DNA of 64,000 nt. Source: Blasia pusilla (lineage: Eukaryota). Each line of letters begins with the position of its first letter. The stretch's first letter is position 1. The position numbers and the translations under genes were made by a program. The stretch covers positions 9,114,001-9,178,000 of the forward strand of contig CM114271.1 of the NCBI GenBank assembly GCA_050084515.1, given 5' to 3'. Shown one piece after another: positions 51,490-63,857 of the stretch. The notes under the pieces are model-generated. The model was given only the letters and a program-made list of their open reading frames with translations. It was not told the origin of the DNA and searched no databases.

Positions 51490-54400
51490 CCTACTCCAAA
51501 ACGCTACAGTCAAACTGGGTCCTTGAGTTCTTTGAACTCACTCGTCATCGTCCGAGAGCTCTTCCAGAATTACTGTCAGCCTTGCCCTCTTCATTTTCGG
51601 AATCGTGGTAATTGACGATGGTGTCACTACCAATGGTGGGTCTGGAACCGGAGCTCTCGGCTTCGGAGGAGAGTTGTACGCCCTAACTAGCGTGTCATAA
51701 TTTTCCTTTGCCTCTTTGCAAAGATCAAACAGTTCCTACCTTCCCTCAAGGCAGAGAATGTTCCTGCCACTATGCCAGGCGCCTCTCATACTCGCCCCTG
51801 AAAGGCCCACTAAGTCGAACACCAAGTCACCCGGCCTTGAGCAGAGTTCGATGAGCGTTTGCATCATCGCTGGCAACTTTTCCCTTCCTCCAAGTAAGGG
51901 GGTACCATTTTGCATGTAAATTCCCGGGGGATTTTATAAACTATCTAAGCTGTACCCACCGGAGCATGGATCCATTGGATTGAGGATCTGAAAACACTTG
52001 GAAGTTGTGCTCGGGCCTTACAAAATAGTAGACAAAGGAGTGGTCCATCTGTAAATAAGTAGGTTGGAAACAATGTCAGCAACAAGAAAGAGCTAATTTC
52101 AGTATGCAACAACAAGAAAGGTCTACTATCACTATGGTGACACAATGTGCAACTCGTCCCCAAAGAACTTCGCTTAATCATCGAGAACTTAGTTATAGTC
52201 CTAACATTGGAGCAACCTGTTAAAGTCCGACGGGTTGTTTTACAAGTGTTAGTAATTTTTTTGCCATGAGCAACCCGTCGGAAGGCGACAGGTTGCTGGC
52301 TTAGAGCAGCCCATGGTTGGCTAAGAGCAACCCGTCGCTTTCAGACGGGTTGCATCATCTAGAAACACAAGGAAAAGCATAAGTACTTGCAAGCCGTTGG
52401 GTTCTGACGGGTTGCATTTACCCAATGGAAACTTGCGGTAAATTTGAAACTCGTTGCTTTTAGACGGATTGCACCACCAAAGTCTCCAACTGAGACAATC
52501 CGACGGGTTGCATGCAGAGATGCAACCCGTTGGAGCAAGACAATTTGGATATGGATTTAGAGCCCTTACCCGAATTTGACTTGTCGCCGATTGGAGTGGG
52601 TACTCATTCTTGATGACCCACGATTGCGCCGTCCTCCACTTCAATGACCTCTTGACGCACTGCACGTTGAAGAGCTCGTCCTCGCTCCCTCCAGTCAAGA
52701 CCAAGAAACAGCCCCTGTCACTGAGATAAGCGTCTGCAAAGGAAAACATGAGCGTGATCTGGTCATAAGAAAGAGGGACATTCCAGTCTGGGACACTGTC
52801 AGACGGATTCTCGTCCCACAAGCGCAATCCCCAGGGCAAAGCAGCAATGAGGAGATCCACCATCACCTCCTCAACCTCCCCATGGACCATCCAGGGAGCG
52901 TGCCCGTTTTTTTGAATCTTCTGTCCCAGCTTTGTCAATTTGTCGATGGCGGGTGTCGACGCTTGGGAACTGAAACTTTTCAGCTCATCCTCAAGATTCG
53001 TGCTGTGAAGGATGACGCTTGTCCGGTCTTTGTTTCTCTATGTCTTCCCAAGGATGATGGAGTGTATTCCACATCCTGGACTGCTCCCTAGGACAAACTT
53101 GGCGCCTCTCGCTTCCGCTTCTCCCGAGTCTGCGGTTGGCTTGTTGGGGTCTCTATGACCTCAGACTCTGGTGGAGTTTTCTTTGCGGAGGACCTGGTCC
53201 GACCCTCTCTCCCCGCTCGCCCAGACGATTCCGGCTCTTGCCTTGAATCTTCAGCCTCTCTTTAGGAAGACTTGGCCTCGGAATTCTTCGATCCCCTCGC
53301 CTTGGCTTTGAGACCCGCTGTAGATTTTTCCTTGGCGGTGACGACCTTGGACACCAACTCCGCTGTCTCAAGGGCTTGCTCCTCCGCATCTCCTTCGAAG
53401 AAGTCTTCAGGCTACACAAAATTGGGGATGTCGTCCCTACCTGCGGCCACTGCATCATAGAGGAGGCGTAGATCTTTCTCCGTTGTGTCCTCAGGGTCGT
53501 TGAAGTCCAGCCAAATCGGGAAATTCTCCATCTCCCAATCGGACATGCTTTGAGCCATCTCCATTTCGTACATGAAAATGTCTCTCCATTAGGCGGAGAA
53601 GCCCACAATTTGCAGGTTGTCGGTATTTTTCGCCATGTACCTGCATTCTTACAATGGACGAGGTACCTGAACACCATGCGTTGGGGGCAGCTCTTAGTCG
53701 AGATGCATCGGCCGCCTGCTCCTGAAGATCTCGCTTCTTCTTTGCGAAATCCCTTTTTTCGCCTCTATTTCTTCGTCAAGGTCTGCTTGAGGGAGGATGC
53801 GATCCTTGAACATCGTCTTGAAACCAGGGTTTTTAATGGGCTTGTCTTGCATGTCATCAAGCCAAAGTTCAAAATCTTCAGCACTCTCCAGGTTTGCTTC
53901 CTCCGGAACTGGCTCTATTCTTTTCAGCTCCGCTTGGAGATGCACGAGCATGGACTTCTCGAGAAGCCACAACGCATCCCAGAATGACCATTCACGGAGC
54001 TAGTGGGAGATCACTGGATCAGAGACACCCGAAGGATGGTGTGTCGCCCTCTTTTGCGCCTCTGTGCCCTCGAGACTGATTTTCATCAGTCGGATTCATC
54101 TAAATTTGCTAATTCCAGACAAGGAAAATCGATGCACGCGATCGAGAGACACTTTCTCCCCAATCCGACCCTGCGGATCTTCATCCCTCTTCCGCTGGCG
54201 CTTGATGATCTCCTTCAGCTCCTTGTAGAAATTGGGGCCAAGTTCGGGGTTGAGAATGGCGATGTAGCGCTGCATCTTGCTTGCCGTGTACTTCGTAGCT
54301 GCAGATACTGCAACATTGATGAACTTTGCACGCTCAGACACAGACACGTTCTCCCTCCGCTCCAGCTCCAATGAAGCGCTCTTCTTGGTGGCCTGTATCT

Positions 54401-56279
54401 TCGACCAGCAAAGGATTGTCACGGCTGCATCTTGGGAAATAAATGTATTTGCCCAAGTCTTTTTTTTTATTTGAATTGCCGGCATCTCATTTACAAGGGC
54501 GTTGCCCAAGAACCCCTTGTACTCTGCCGAGTGCGTCGTTAGCACTTTCTTCAGCCAATCGCAATCCTGGATCCAGTGGTGGGTGACATTCCCCTCAGAT
54601 ACAATCCTACACATCCGAATTCAATATTAGAAATTTTGCTAGGTACATGGGTTCCTGCAACTGGTCGGACTCCGACAGGTCATCACAGCTCATAGTCGAA
54701 ATGGAAGCAAGGAGCTAAATTTTGCAACCCATCGGAGTCCGACGGATTGCATTCAGATTTGTGATTGCCTGGTTACAGCAGGTCGAAGTCCGATGGGTTG
54801 TCAGATAATTTGTATTCAGAGAGTGGTCTCCGCGGGAAAAGTGAACAAATCAACCCGTCAGAGTCCGACAGGTTGCGCAATTTCAGTTAAGGTGCAATTT
54901 GACCACAAAAATATAGCTTTGCTACTTCCGCTCTGCTACTCTTCGTAGATCTCTTACTTCCGAATGTAACCTGTCGGACTTCGACGAGTTGCTTTTAGCC
55001 AGAAACATCCAAAAACAGCTTCGAGTCTAGCAACCCGTCGGACTCCGACGAGTTGCTTTCTTCAAAAAACATCCAAAAATAGCGGTGAGTTGAGCAACTC
55101 GTCGGACTCCGATGAGTTGCTTTCGGCCAAAAACATCCTAAATGAGTGATTAGTCGAGCAACTCGTCGGAGTCCGACGAGTTGCTTTCGGCCAAAAAGAT
55201 CCTTAACCTGTGATCAGTCGAGCAACTCGTCGGAGTTCGACGAGTTGCTTTCGGCCAAAAATAGTGGCGACTCAAACAACATGTCGGAGTCCGACGGTTT
55301 GCAGCAAGAGGAAACTTATGTGTTCATGGCATGCATGGCCATCTCCACCGTCGCCATGTGATAAGGGTATGGATGTAGCACCACTTCCTTCACGCAAAAT
55401 GTGCCTCCAATGAGTTTGGGCGCTCCTTTGCAAACTAGGTCCACGCCATGAACCTGTGGTTTCCATCCTAGATGAAGAAATACAGGTTCAGCATCCAGCT
55501 GAATTCCGTCCCCTCTATCGCCCTTCTAAATTCCTGATCTCTCATCCTCCAGAATGTGTCGAGCGCTTCCAAGTCCTCCTCCGTAACCAGCGCTTGGGTT
55601 CCATGGTCCTCGTAAGGCTGAACATAGAACGGAGGGAAGCCGTCCACGTAGGATGCTGTCGCTGCCGATTGTTTCAGCTTCGCAATATCCTCATCAGACA
55701 GGCTGGCAAGTCCACTGGAACCTCGTCGATCCGATAGAGGTCGATTTCTTCCGCCGGGCTTAGGGACGAGGATGACCGCTCTCCTGCTTCTTCAACGATG
55801 TCCACCATCTCCACGCTGGCGGTCCTCATGACCTCATCGTCCGTCACTTGAACTTCGGCCGTTTCCGCTATATTGATTGTGTCCTCGGACTTCATCGGGG
55901 ACATTTCCTGCATCTCAACACTTTCGGTTGGACGTGCAGGGCTTTCTTCAATGGCAATTTCTTTTTCCCTCCGAGCTTTTGCCAATTCTGCTCTCCTCAC
56001 CGACGCGTCCAGATGCTTCTTTTCTCGCTTTTCGTTGGCAATCCTTTTCTTCAAGGCCTGCGACGCCTCAGCCTCTGCATTTTGTTTTTCGAGCGCCTCC
56101 TGTACACGTTTTGCAAGAAGCTCTTGCTTTTGCATCTCCTCTTCCCTTTCCCGCTCCTCGATTTCTTGCTGCCTTATCTCATTGGGCGAACGAGACCCTG
56201 GAGATGGTGAAGCAAAAGTCCTCATGGACTAGGGAGTGAAGCTCCTAGCCTTGTTTGCTTGAGATTTTTTCCTCGTCAT
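51490..56279 (-). pseudogene. Spliced accessory gene: coiled-coil - ParB-like domain - helical/basic linker - beta-class N6-adenine/N4-cytosine methyltransferase-like domain
   Basis: FFI*DGNHRFMAW (55467-55453); motif IV-like VDLLIAALPWG (52860-52828); YLSDRGCFLV; motif X-I-II REKLPAMMQTLIELCSRPGDLVFDLVGLSGASMRGAWHSGRNILCLE (~51885-51745); putative introns 55319-54607 and 52569-52049. Confidence 0.78.
54655..55300. repeat. Intronic array of the CAACYCGTC-N7-GACGRGTTG palindrome; ~64-65 bp period over 54965-55250
   Basis: For example CAACCCGTCGGACTCCGACGAGTTG at 55031. Confidence 0.9.
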
Positions 56280-56689
56280 TGTTTCCGAAAATGCCTCCTA
56301 TGGACAAGGAAATTGCTCTCTGTGCACGATGAATCGGCTCGAGGAATCGCCTTTATGAGTCGCCTTGCTGATGTCGTGATGAGTTGCCTCAATGAGTCGG
56401 CTTGCTGATGTCGCGATGAGTCACCTTGATGAGTAGCTCGAATCATCTCGCGATCGTTTGCTCAAATCGTCTCACGATGAGTCACCGTGTAAAGCGCCCC
56501 TTGGTATCTGGTCAGCTGCTGCGCGGAAGAGCAATTGAGATCGCCAAACGAAAAACCGGAAATGAGCGAGCCTTCCCCTATTTATACTTTTCGAGCCGTT
56601 GGGCTGACTGTTGGGTCGCATCGTCCTTTTGACGGCGACGGGCCAGCCGTTATGGAAGTCTGGACGTAAAAAAAAACCAACCCAAGGGC

Positions 56690-57370
56690 TTCGACAGGTT
56701 GCACGCTTCCCGAGGGTTCAAGGCATTCGTCCTCGTGGCAACCCGTCAGAGACCGACAGGTTGCGCGCCTCTGTCGTCTTTGGACAAGAACACGAGGTAC
56801 CCGCGCAACCCGTCGGAGACTGACAGGTTGCGCGCCTCCGTCGTCTTCGGACAAGAACACGAGGTTCCCACACAACCCGTCGAAGACCGACAGGTTGTCC
56901 GCCTATGCCATCTTCAGACAAGAACGCGAGGTACCCGGGAAACCCGTCGGATTCCGGTGGGTTGCACACTTCCCTTGTCTTGGGACGACAAGGCGGGCTT
57001 CCCGCGCAACTTGTTGGAGGCAGACAGGTTGCACGCTTCCTTCATGTAAGCCTTACAAGGCGAGGCACTTGCGCAACCCGTCTGAGGCCGACGGGTTGCG
57101 CGCCTCCACCATCTTTGGGCAAGAAGGTGCGGCCCGCGCAACTCGTCAGAAAGAAACGGGTTGCACGCTTCCTTAATGTAAGTAACACAAGGTGAGGAAA
57201 TTGCACGAACCGTCTGAGGCCGACGGGTTGCGCGCCTCCGCCGTCTTCGGGGAAGAAGGCGCGACACCCGCGCAACTCGTCGGAGATCGACGGGTTGCAC
57301 GCTTCCTTCAAGTTAGCGTTACAAGGTGAGGCACAAGCATGCAACCCGTCCGAAGCCAACGGGTTGCATG
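56690..57370. repeat. Intergenic array of roughly ten CAACCCGTC-N7-GACRGGTTG palindromes at ~67-70 bp period
   Basis: Units with variable 7-nt spacers (AGAGACC, GGAGACT, GAAGACC, TGAGGCC, GGAGATC, CGAAGCC). Confidence 0.9.
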
Positions 57371-57628
57371 CTTCGCTTATATTGGGTTAATAGGCGAGGT
57401 ACCAGGGGTCCCTATTGGTTATCGACATGTTGCACGCTTTTCTATCCCTCGGGTAACAATGCAACAACGCATAGTTCCGAGGCAACCCATTGCAATCAGA
57501 AGGGTCACCAAATCTACCCTGAGTTGGAAAATCCCGCAAAAGTCCCCAACGATTGGTTGCCTAAGCATATGCAAGCGATATCTTGTGTTGATGCTAGCAA
57601 AATCAACTCTCGATGGAATCTTCTAGGA

Positions 57629-58051
57629 ATGGACAATTATGTGAAGCTCACTTGTGGCAGTCATCTAGCGGCCCTTCCTCAATCAGAAATCGTTTGACCA
57701 CAAGCTCATGAGTCTTTCATAACAGTGGATGAAAATTTTCTCTCAGTTCCATTTCTTCTCCAAATTGGAACCATCTTTGTATCCAAGGATGTTAGGGTGG
57801 ACGGTACGGAGGACATTATAGGTGAGACAGTCCAGCCAGTGATTGCATACCGTAAAGTATGGAATCTCCTACGTCTAGCAAATGGTCAATACAAAGTTTA
57901 CGGCTTGCCCCTGAATTCCTATGTTTCCCAAGTAGACGGTCGAGAATTTCCTAGTGCACCGAGCTCTACGTTTGCAACTCCTAGCTCAGTAGATCCAGCT
58001 TCGACTCCAGCTTCGACTCCAACTTCACACGCTCGTAACAATGTTGTACTT
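57629..58051 (+). pseudogene. 5' end of the MULE transposase, copy B
   Basis: MDNYVKLTCG..DENFLSV..IGTIFVSKDVR matches ORF 12115-12999 (-). Confidence 0.8.
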
Positions 58052-58509
58052 TGTAATGTACAAGTGTTTCTAATTTACAGTCGTTTGTAGAGTTCGATCC
58101 CCAAGAGGACCATTGTTGGATGAAAAGAGAGGGTAAAGTGATTATTATGTTGTAAAAGTAGTGTGGTTGATTATGTAATTCAAATGTAGTATTCCAGTAA
58201 CATCTTCCGATCCTTCTTAGTACCCATGTTTTCTTCTTCAATTCTCTCTAGTGGAATTTAAATCACGCTCAGGCAAATTGTTCTCTCGACATCTAGGAAC
58301 CTCACAGAGATCTCAACAATAAGGTTGGCTTCTCCTACTTTCGGAACTCAATCCATCTTGGCAGGCTACTCTCTATCAAACATATTTCATACAACTCCAT
58401 GTTGATTATTCCATTGATGAGAAAGGTGTGTCTGATTTCACTCTTCACGCTGCAGACCCAAAAAGACTATCCAAACATAAGCATCGCACATCAGAATGAA
58501 TGAATGAGT

Positions 58510-59749
58510 GGTTTAGGGTTTCAATAATCAAAACTATAATGTACAAGAGTCTCTGATCCCGTAAGTGAAGATTCGTTTCTACTACTCGACGCTGTGCTTC
58601 GTTTTCTGACGAAGCTTGTGCCCTACAGTTGAGGTCGTCCAGGGCTTGTAAATAATCGTCCACCGACGTTGTATCCTCTAGGTGAAGAACATGTTGGAGT
58701 TGGTTCATGACTGGAACCACTAGTTGCAAGAACCACATCATATCGTTTGCCGTCTGGGACATGAGACGAAGTGCAGGTTGGTGATCACTTGCCCGCGGTG
58801 TCTCGTCGGAGTCCTCTTGATTGACGGTTCCTGGGGCTGAGGGTGTTTCAAAATTGACTCGGCCACGCTTTGGCCGTGGCATTTTGTTGGTGTCTTCATC
58901 TTTCTTTAAAGCCGAAGTATGAAGATGTTGCTTAGGTGCTTCGGAGGGCGGTGTGACTTCGTGGCTACCCATGGTACTAGTTCCTCCTTTCCGTGGTAGT
59001 CGGACGGGGGTAACTTGCAACCAATCTAGCGCCTCATCTGCTATCAATTCCTGCTTATGAATACAAAGATAGATTAAGAAAGGAGATAGGAAGGACTTTG
59101 TGCTTGGATGAAGCACTTCCACCATTGCTCGTACGTGCCCGTCCATAAAAGAAGTGAAGTCGACTCCTGGGGCTTTGGGTTCCAGGTGCTGATTCCAGAT
59201 GATGTAGCACATCTTCACGAGCTTCTTCGTCAGATAGTAAGAACGAGCGGGATAAAATAGAGTCATCAAATGTTTGCAAAACTGACCAAAAATTGGCGGG
59301 AAGAGTGAAGTAGCCTTGTAGCCATTCCTGCCCAGGCGCTCAGACGTGACACAGCCGAGTGCTAAGAGATCTTCATGCTTTACTAGCAACTCCGTGTCAT
59401 ACTCGTACGCTGGCACAGCCGGGAGCAGATAAGTTGCTCTCCAGTCATACGCCGTCCATTGTTGGGGTTGAGCTCGATAGCGAAGACCCTTCCTTCGAAA
59501 CTTGGCTACGGCAGTCGAAGAGCGAAGCTCGCCGAGGAGTTCTCCGGATGTCAAGGTCCAGTTGGCTTGAAAGAAAGTTTCCAACAATCGCTCCTCCAGC
59601 GCTTTGACCAGCTCCGGTGACAGCTTGACCATCGGCATTGCCGCGCTTCGCAGAATGGGCATGGAGTCTTTGCGAGGCATGTTGCTAGGTCGATCCCGAT
59701 GGACACCCCGCTTTGGTCTGCTACGCAACTTTGTGGTAATCTTGTCCAT
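58510..59749 (-). CDS. Additional sense ORF downstream of pol (env-like position), function unknown; 3' end fused to the LTR by a deletion
   Basis: 434-codon ORF 58445-59749 whose last ~20 codons run into LTR sequence. Confidence 0.7.
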
Positions 59750-59881
59750 GAAAATACCCGCTTGGTTGCGACGGAACGCTTTTATAGTTTGCTCCCCCTG
59801 TCAGTTCTTGGTCGTGGCGCCGGGGCTGTAACAAGAAGGTTGGCACTTCGCGTCTTTGCCCCGCTCCAACAACTTCGTGCG

Positions 59882-60004
59882 CTTCGCTGCTTCACGAAGC
59901 TCTGGGATGTCTTGATGTTCGCTGCTTCGTGAAGCTCCGGGATGTCTTGGACTTCGCTGCTTCGTGAAGCTCCGGGATGTCTTGGACTTCGCTGCTTCGC
60001 GAAG
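59882..60004 (+). repeat. 35 bp tandem repeat (CTTCGCTGCTTCGTGAAGCTCCGGGATGTCTTGGA), ~3.5 units
   Basis: Directly visible between pol and the extra ORF. Confidence 0.9.
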
Positions 60005-60079
60005 AACAAAGCGTTCGCCTACCCCCTTCCTCCTCTTTCAGTCCGCATAAGGTTCGGGCTCATAATAACCGCGCACATG

Positions 60080-63000
60080 CATGCCATTGACTCGAGTGGG
60101 CAGGGATTCTCCTTGTAAGGTTTCTAACCGTAGGGATCCATTATCATAGATGGCCAATACCCGGTAGGGTCCCATCCAATTTCATTTTAATTTTCCGGGG
60201 AACTTGAGCCGCTGGTTATCATACAATAACACTAAGTCTCCAACACTGATAGATTGTGGCCGGAGATGTCGATCGTAATGTTGTTTACGTTCTTTTTGCA
60301 CCTGGGCTGTCCGGCGTAACGCGAGCATGCGTGCCTCTTCCAACGCAACCAAGGTCTCATTCCTGTGTTCGAGAATTTCGCCCATGGCCTCCATTCTTGT
60401 TCCCTCCAATACTCGATAAGTGCGCAAAGCCCATTGAATAGGTGTTAAGGGATGCACGCCATAAGTCAAGAAGAACGGGGTGTATTTTGTAGTAACCTTC
60501 TCAACTATTCGGTACGCCCATAATGCCGCGATAATTTTTGTGTCCCAATCATAGGAATATGTTACCGTCAACCGATTCAATATTCGGCAAATAAGGCCGT
60601 TAGATTTTTCCGTCAACCCGTTGGCTTTAGGGTTGTAGCGGGTGGTTTTCCGATGCTTAATGAGAAAGTGGGAAGTGAGAGACTCAATAGTCTGGTTTAA
60701 GAAGTGCGTGCCACGGTCACTTACTAGTTCCAATGGACAGCCATACCGCGTGATAATCATCTCGTATAAAAACTTAGCCACTGCTTCAGTGTCATCTTTT
60801 CGGGTGGCTACGGCTTCGACCATCTTAGTACAATAGTCAGTGGCGATATGAATATACTTCCACCGGGTTTGGCAAGTGGCCGGGGAGATAGGTCCCACGA
60901 AGTCAATGCCCCATTTTTCAAAAGGAGCTAGGGGCATGATGGGGACCAAAGGCCACCGCGTAGTTGCCGTGGGTCGACCTGCTCTTTGACAGGCATCACA
61001 ACTCCGAATAAAATTACCTACGTCTTTGTACATAGTTGGCCACCAATAACGTGCGACCAAAATTTTCTTAACGGTATTTTTTTACCGCATAGTGTCCACC
61101 AGAATCAGCCATATGCAGGGCTCTGATGACCTAGGGGACTTCTTCTGCTTCCAAGCATCGTCGATACTCTTCATCAGCACCTAATTTGAATAGGACCCCT
61201 TGACACATCTCATATGGTCCTATCTGATGTAAGAAAACTGCGCGTTCTTCCGCTGTCATCGGGGCAGGAAGTTGCAGAGTCATTAGAAAACGCAGAATAT
61301 CCTCATAAAAAGACAGGCTCAACCGATCCTCTGTTAACTGGAACATGTCTTCATCGGGAAAGGTATCATCGACGGATTGGGTGAGGTCCGCGTTTTTCAT
61401 CCTCAACCGGGAAAGAAAATCTGCATTGGTATGCACCTTGTCGGCACAAGTAACAACATCGAATGTGAATTCTTGTAGCAACAAGATCCACCGTGCAATG
61501 CACCCTGACAGGTCTGCTTTCACCATTAAGGGTCTGAGTGCAAAATGATCAACATGGAAGACAAATTCGTACCCTAATAAATAGTGTCGGAACTTTTTAC
61601 ACGAGAAGACCATGCCTAACGCCTCTCGTTCGGTAGTTTTATATTTTTGCTCCGCTGCCGATAGTTGTCGGCCGGCGTAGTAAATCGGAAATTCATGTTT
61701 GTTCTCATCCAATTGGCTGAGCACTACTCCAATGGCAAATGAGGATGTGTCCACATATACGTGGAAGGGTTTGGTCCAATCGAGGGACCGAAGTACAGGA
61801 GATTTTTGCAATGCGTCTTTTAAGGTGTCAAATGCCGCTTGGCACGGTGGTGTCCACTCCCATTCGGTGGTCTTTTTAAGAAATGCATTAAGACCTCCCG
61901 CTTTTACCGCATAATCTTTAATAAACCGTCGATAGTACCCGACGTGTCCCAAGAATCCTCTCAATTCCTGGAGATTAGTAGGTGGTTCCAATGCAACGAT
62001 AATATCCACCTTGGCCTTGTCGACCTCAATTCCTTGAGCCGACACTCTGTGTCCCAACAGAATTCCTTGTTTCATAGCAATATACGATTTGTCCGGATGA
62101 AGGGACAACTGCACTTCGCGACAACGCGCGAGTGTTAACTCTAAATTTTTGAGATGTTCGGCCTCTGTGTTGAAGATACAAAAATCGTCCAAAAAGATTT
62201 CCACAAACTTCCTCAGATACTCCTGGAAGATGGAGATCATCCTCCGTTGGAAAGTAGCTGGGGCATTGCATAACCCAAAAGGCATTACGCGATATGCGAA
62301 AGTTCCCCAGTCCGTGGTGAACGTGGTGAGGGGACGATCCTTTTCTCGTATGGATACCTGGTTATAACCCGAGTATCCGTCCAAGAAAGTATAACGCTCG
62401 TGCCCGGCAACTTTATCCAAAATACTGTAAGTGAAAGGTAGAGGATGGTGGTCTTTTAAGGTGGCAGCATTTAATTTCCGATAATCCTGGCACACTCGGA
62501 TTTTCCCCGTTTTTTTTTTAGGTACAATTACGATGGGCGATACCCACTCGCTGCTTAACACAGGATAAATTATTCCTGCCTCAAGACGCTGGTCAATCTC
62601 GTCCTTGACTAACAATGAGTACTTTGGATTTAGTCGATACTGTCGCATTCGCACCAGGACCGCCCCTTCTTTAAGATCAATTCGGTATTCACCATACCGT
62701 GCGGGAATGCCTGTCATTTCATCCATGGAGTATGCAAAGACATCCAAATACTCAAACAGTAGTCTTTTATACTTCATAAGTGTGGTGGGAGACAAATCCG
62801 CCGAAAGGCGTAGAGACTTTTGATCTGCAATAACGACCTAGACGTAGTCCTGCTCGTGAACCATGTTCTCTGTAAACTGGAAGGTACTATGACCTAGCTT
62901 CTCTTCCTCTAGGGTCGACTTCGGCTTGGAGGGTACCGACTCCTCGTCTATTTCGTAACATTCTAAATAATACACGTGGGACGAGGACTTTGTAGCGGTT

Positions 63001-63857
63001 GTGTGGTCTTGATCTGACGTATAGCCGTTGTCAGTCGGTGGCGTCGCTCCTTGGGGTGGTTTTGATTTCCACGACAGCTTGATGAGCCGCTTCGAGACCT
63101 GATTTGGCGCTTGGAATGTGAAACGTCGCCTTTTCCAATCCGTAGTCACCCTCGCACCATACAGCCAGGGTCTTCCGATGAGCAAAGGATAGCCCGTGGT
63201 GGTCAGGGGCTACAAGACTAAGTAGTCCAACAGAAACAACACCCCCCCGAGCATGGTTGGAATTTGAGTGAGCTGTCCTAGGGGTCTCTTCCTAGATTGA
63301 TCCGCAAACCGCAGATACTTGTCTGTGGGCTCGTACACTATATACCCTAGTGCCCGAGCTGTTTGCTCCGTCATAATGTTAATTCCGCTCCTAGAATCAA
63401 TGGGGACCTTCTTAATGGTATGGCCCTCAATTTCCACCTCCACCTCTTGGGCTCCCAAGTCTTCTACTTCGATCCGGAACAGATCCACCATTGGCAGATG
63501 CTTTGCCGACTTCCTGGGTTTTTTCCGGCTTATTTTCCACTGCTGCAAAATTTTTCCGTACACAGGGTTATCCATTAGTAATTGTAGCAGGGTTATGTTG
63601 GCCGAGGTTGACGCCAAGTCCCTCAGTAAGTCGTAAGCTTCTAGGACCAGCGGTGATATCGCAATGGCTTGGACTGTCGGACTTGGTTTGGTCTTTGTCT
63701 TCTTTGGGTTCTGTTTCCCCTCTGGTTCCTGGTCCTCACGCACTTGAGCACGAACCTGGTCCTCTACATCTTGATGAAAGTACCTCGGATGACTTCGATC
63801 AAAGGCCAGGTCCACATCGCCTTTGAGGATGGCCTTCCCGGCACAGAAGGTGTTCAC
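60080..63857 (-). pseudogene. pol: pol polyprotein with a few stops and frameshifts
   Basis: ORFs 63210-63857, 62838-63185, 61131-62795 and 60182-61060. Confidence 0.92.

Larger units (their letters stand above)
49320..58051. mobile_element. Mutator-like DNA transposon, copy B (inverted relative to copy A): ParB-MTase gene (-) and start of the transposase (+)
   Basis: 55700-56660 and 57620-58051 are inverted homologs of 13760-14700 and 12580-13000; left boundary uncertain; right side cut by the LTR insertion at 58052. Confidence 0.78.

Noticed and set aside
56690-57370. CRISPR-like regularly spaced palindromic repeats (also 54965-55250)
   Set aside because: The intervening sequences are similar to each other rather than unique spacers, there are no cas genes, and the context is eukaryotic and intronic or intergenic.
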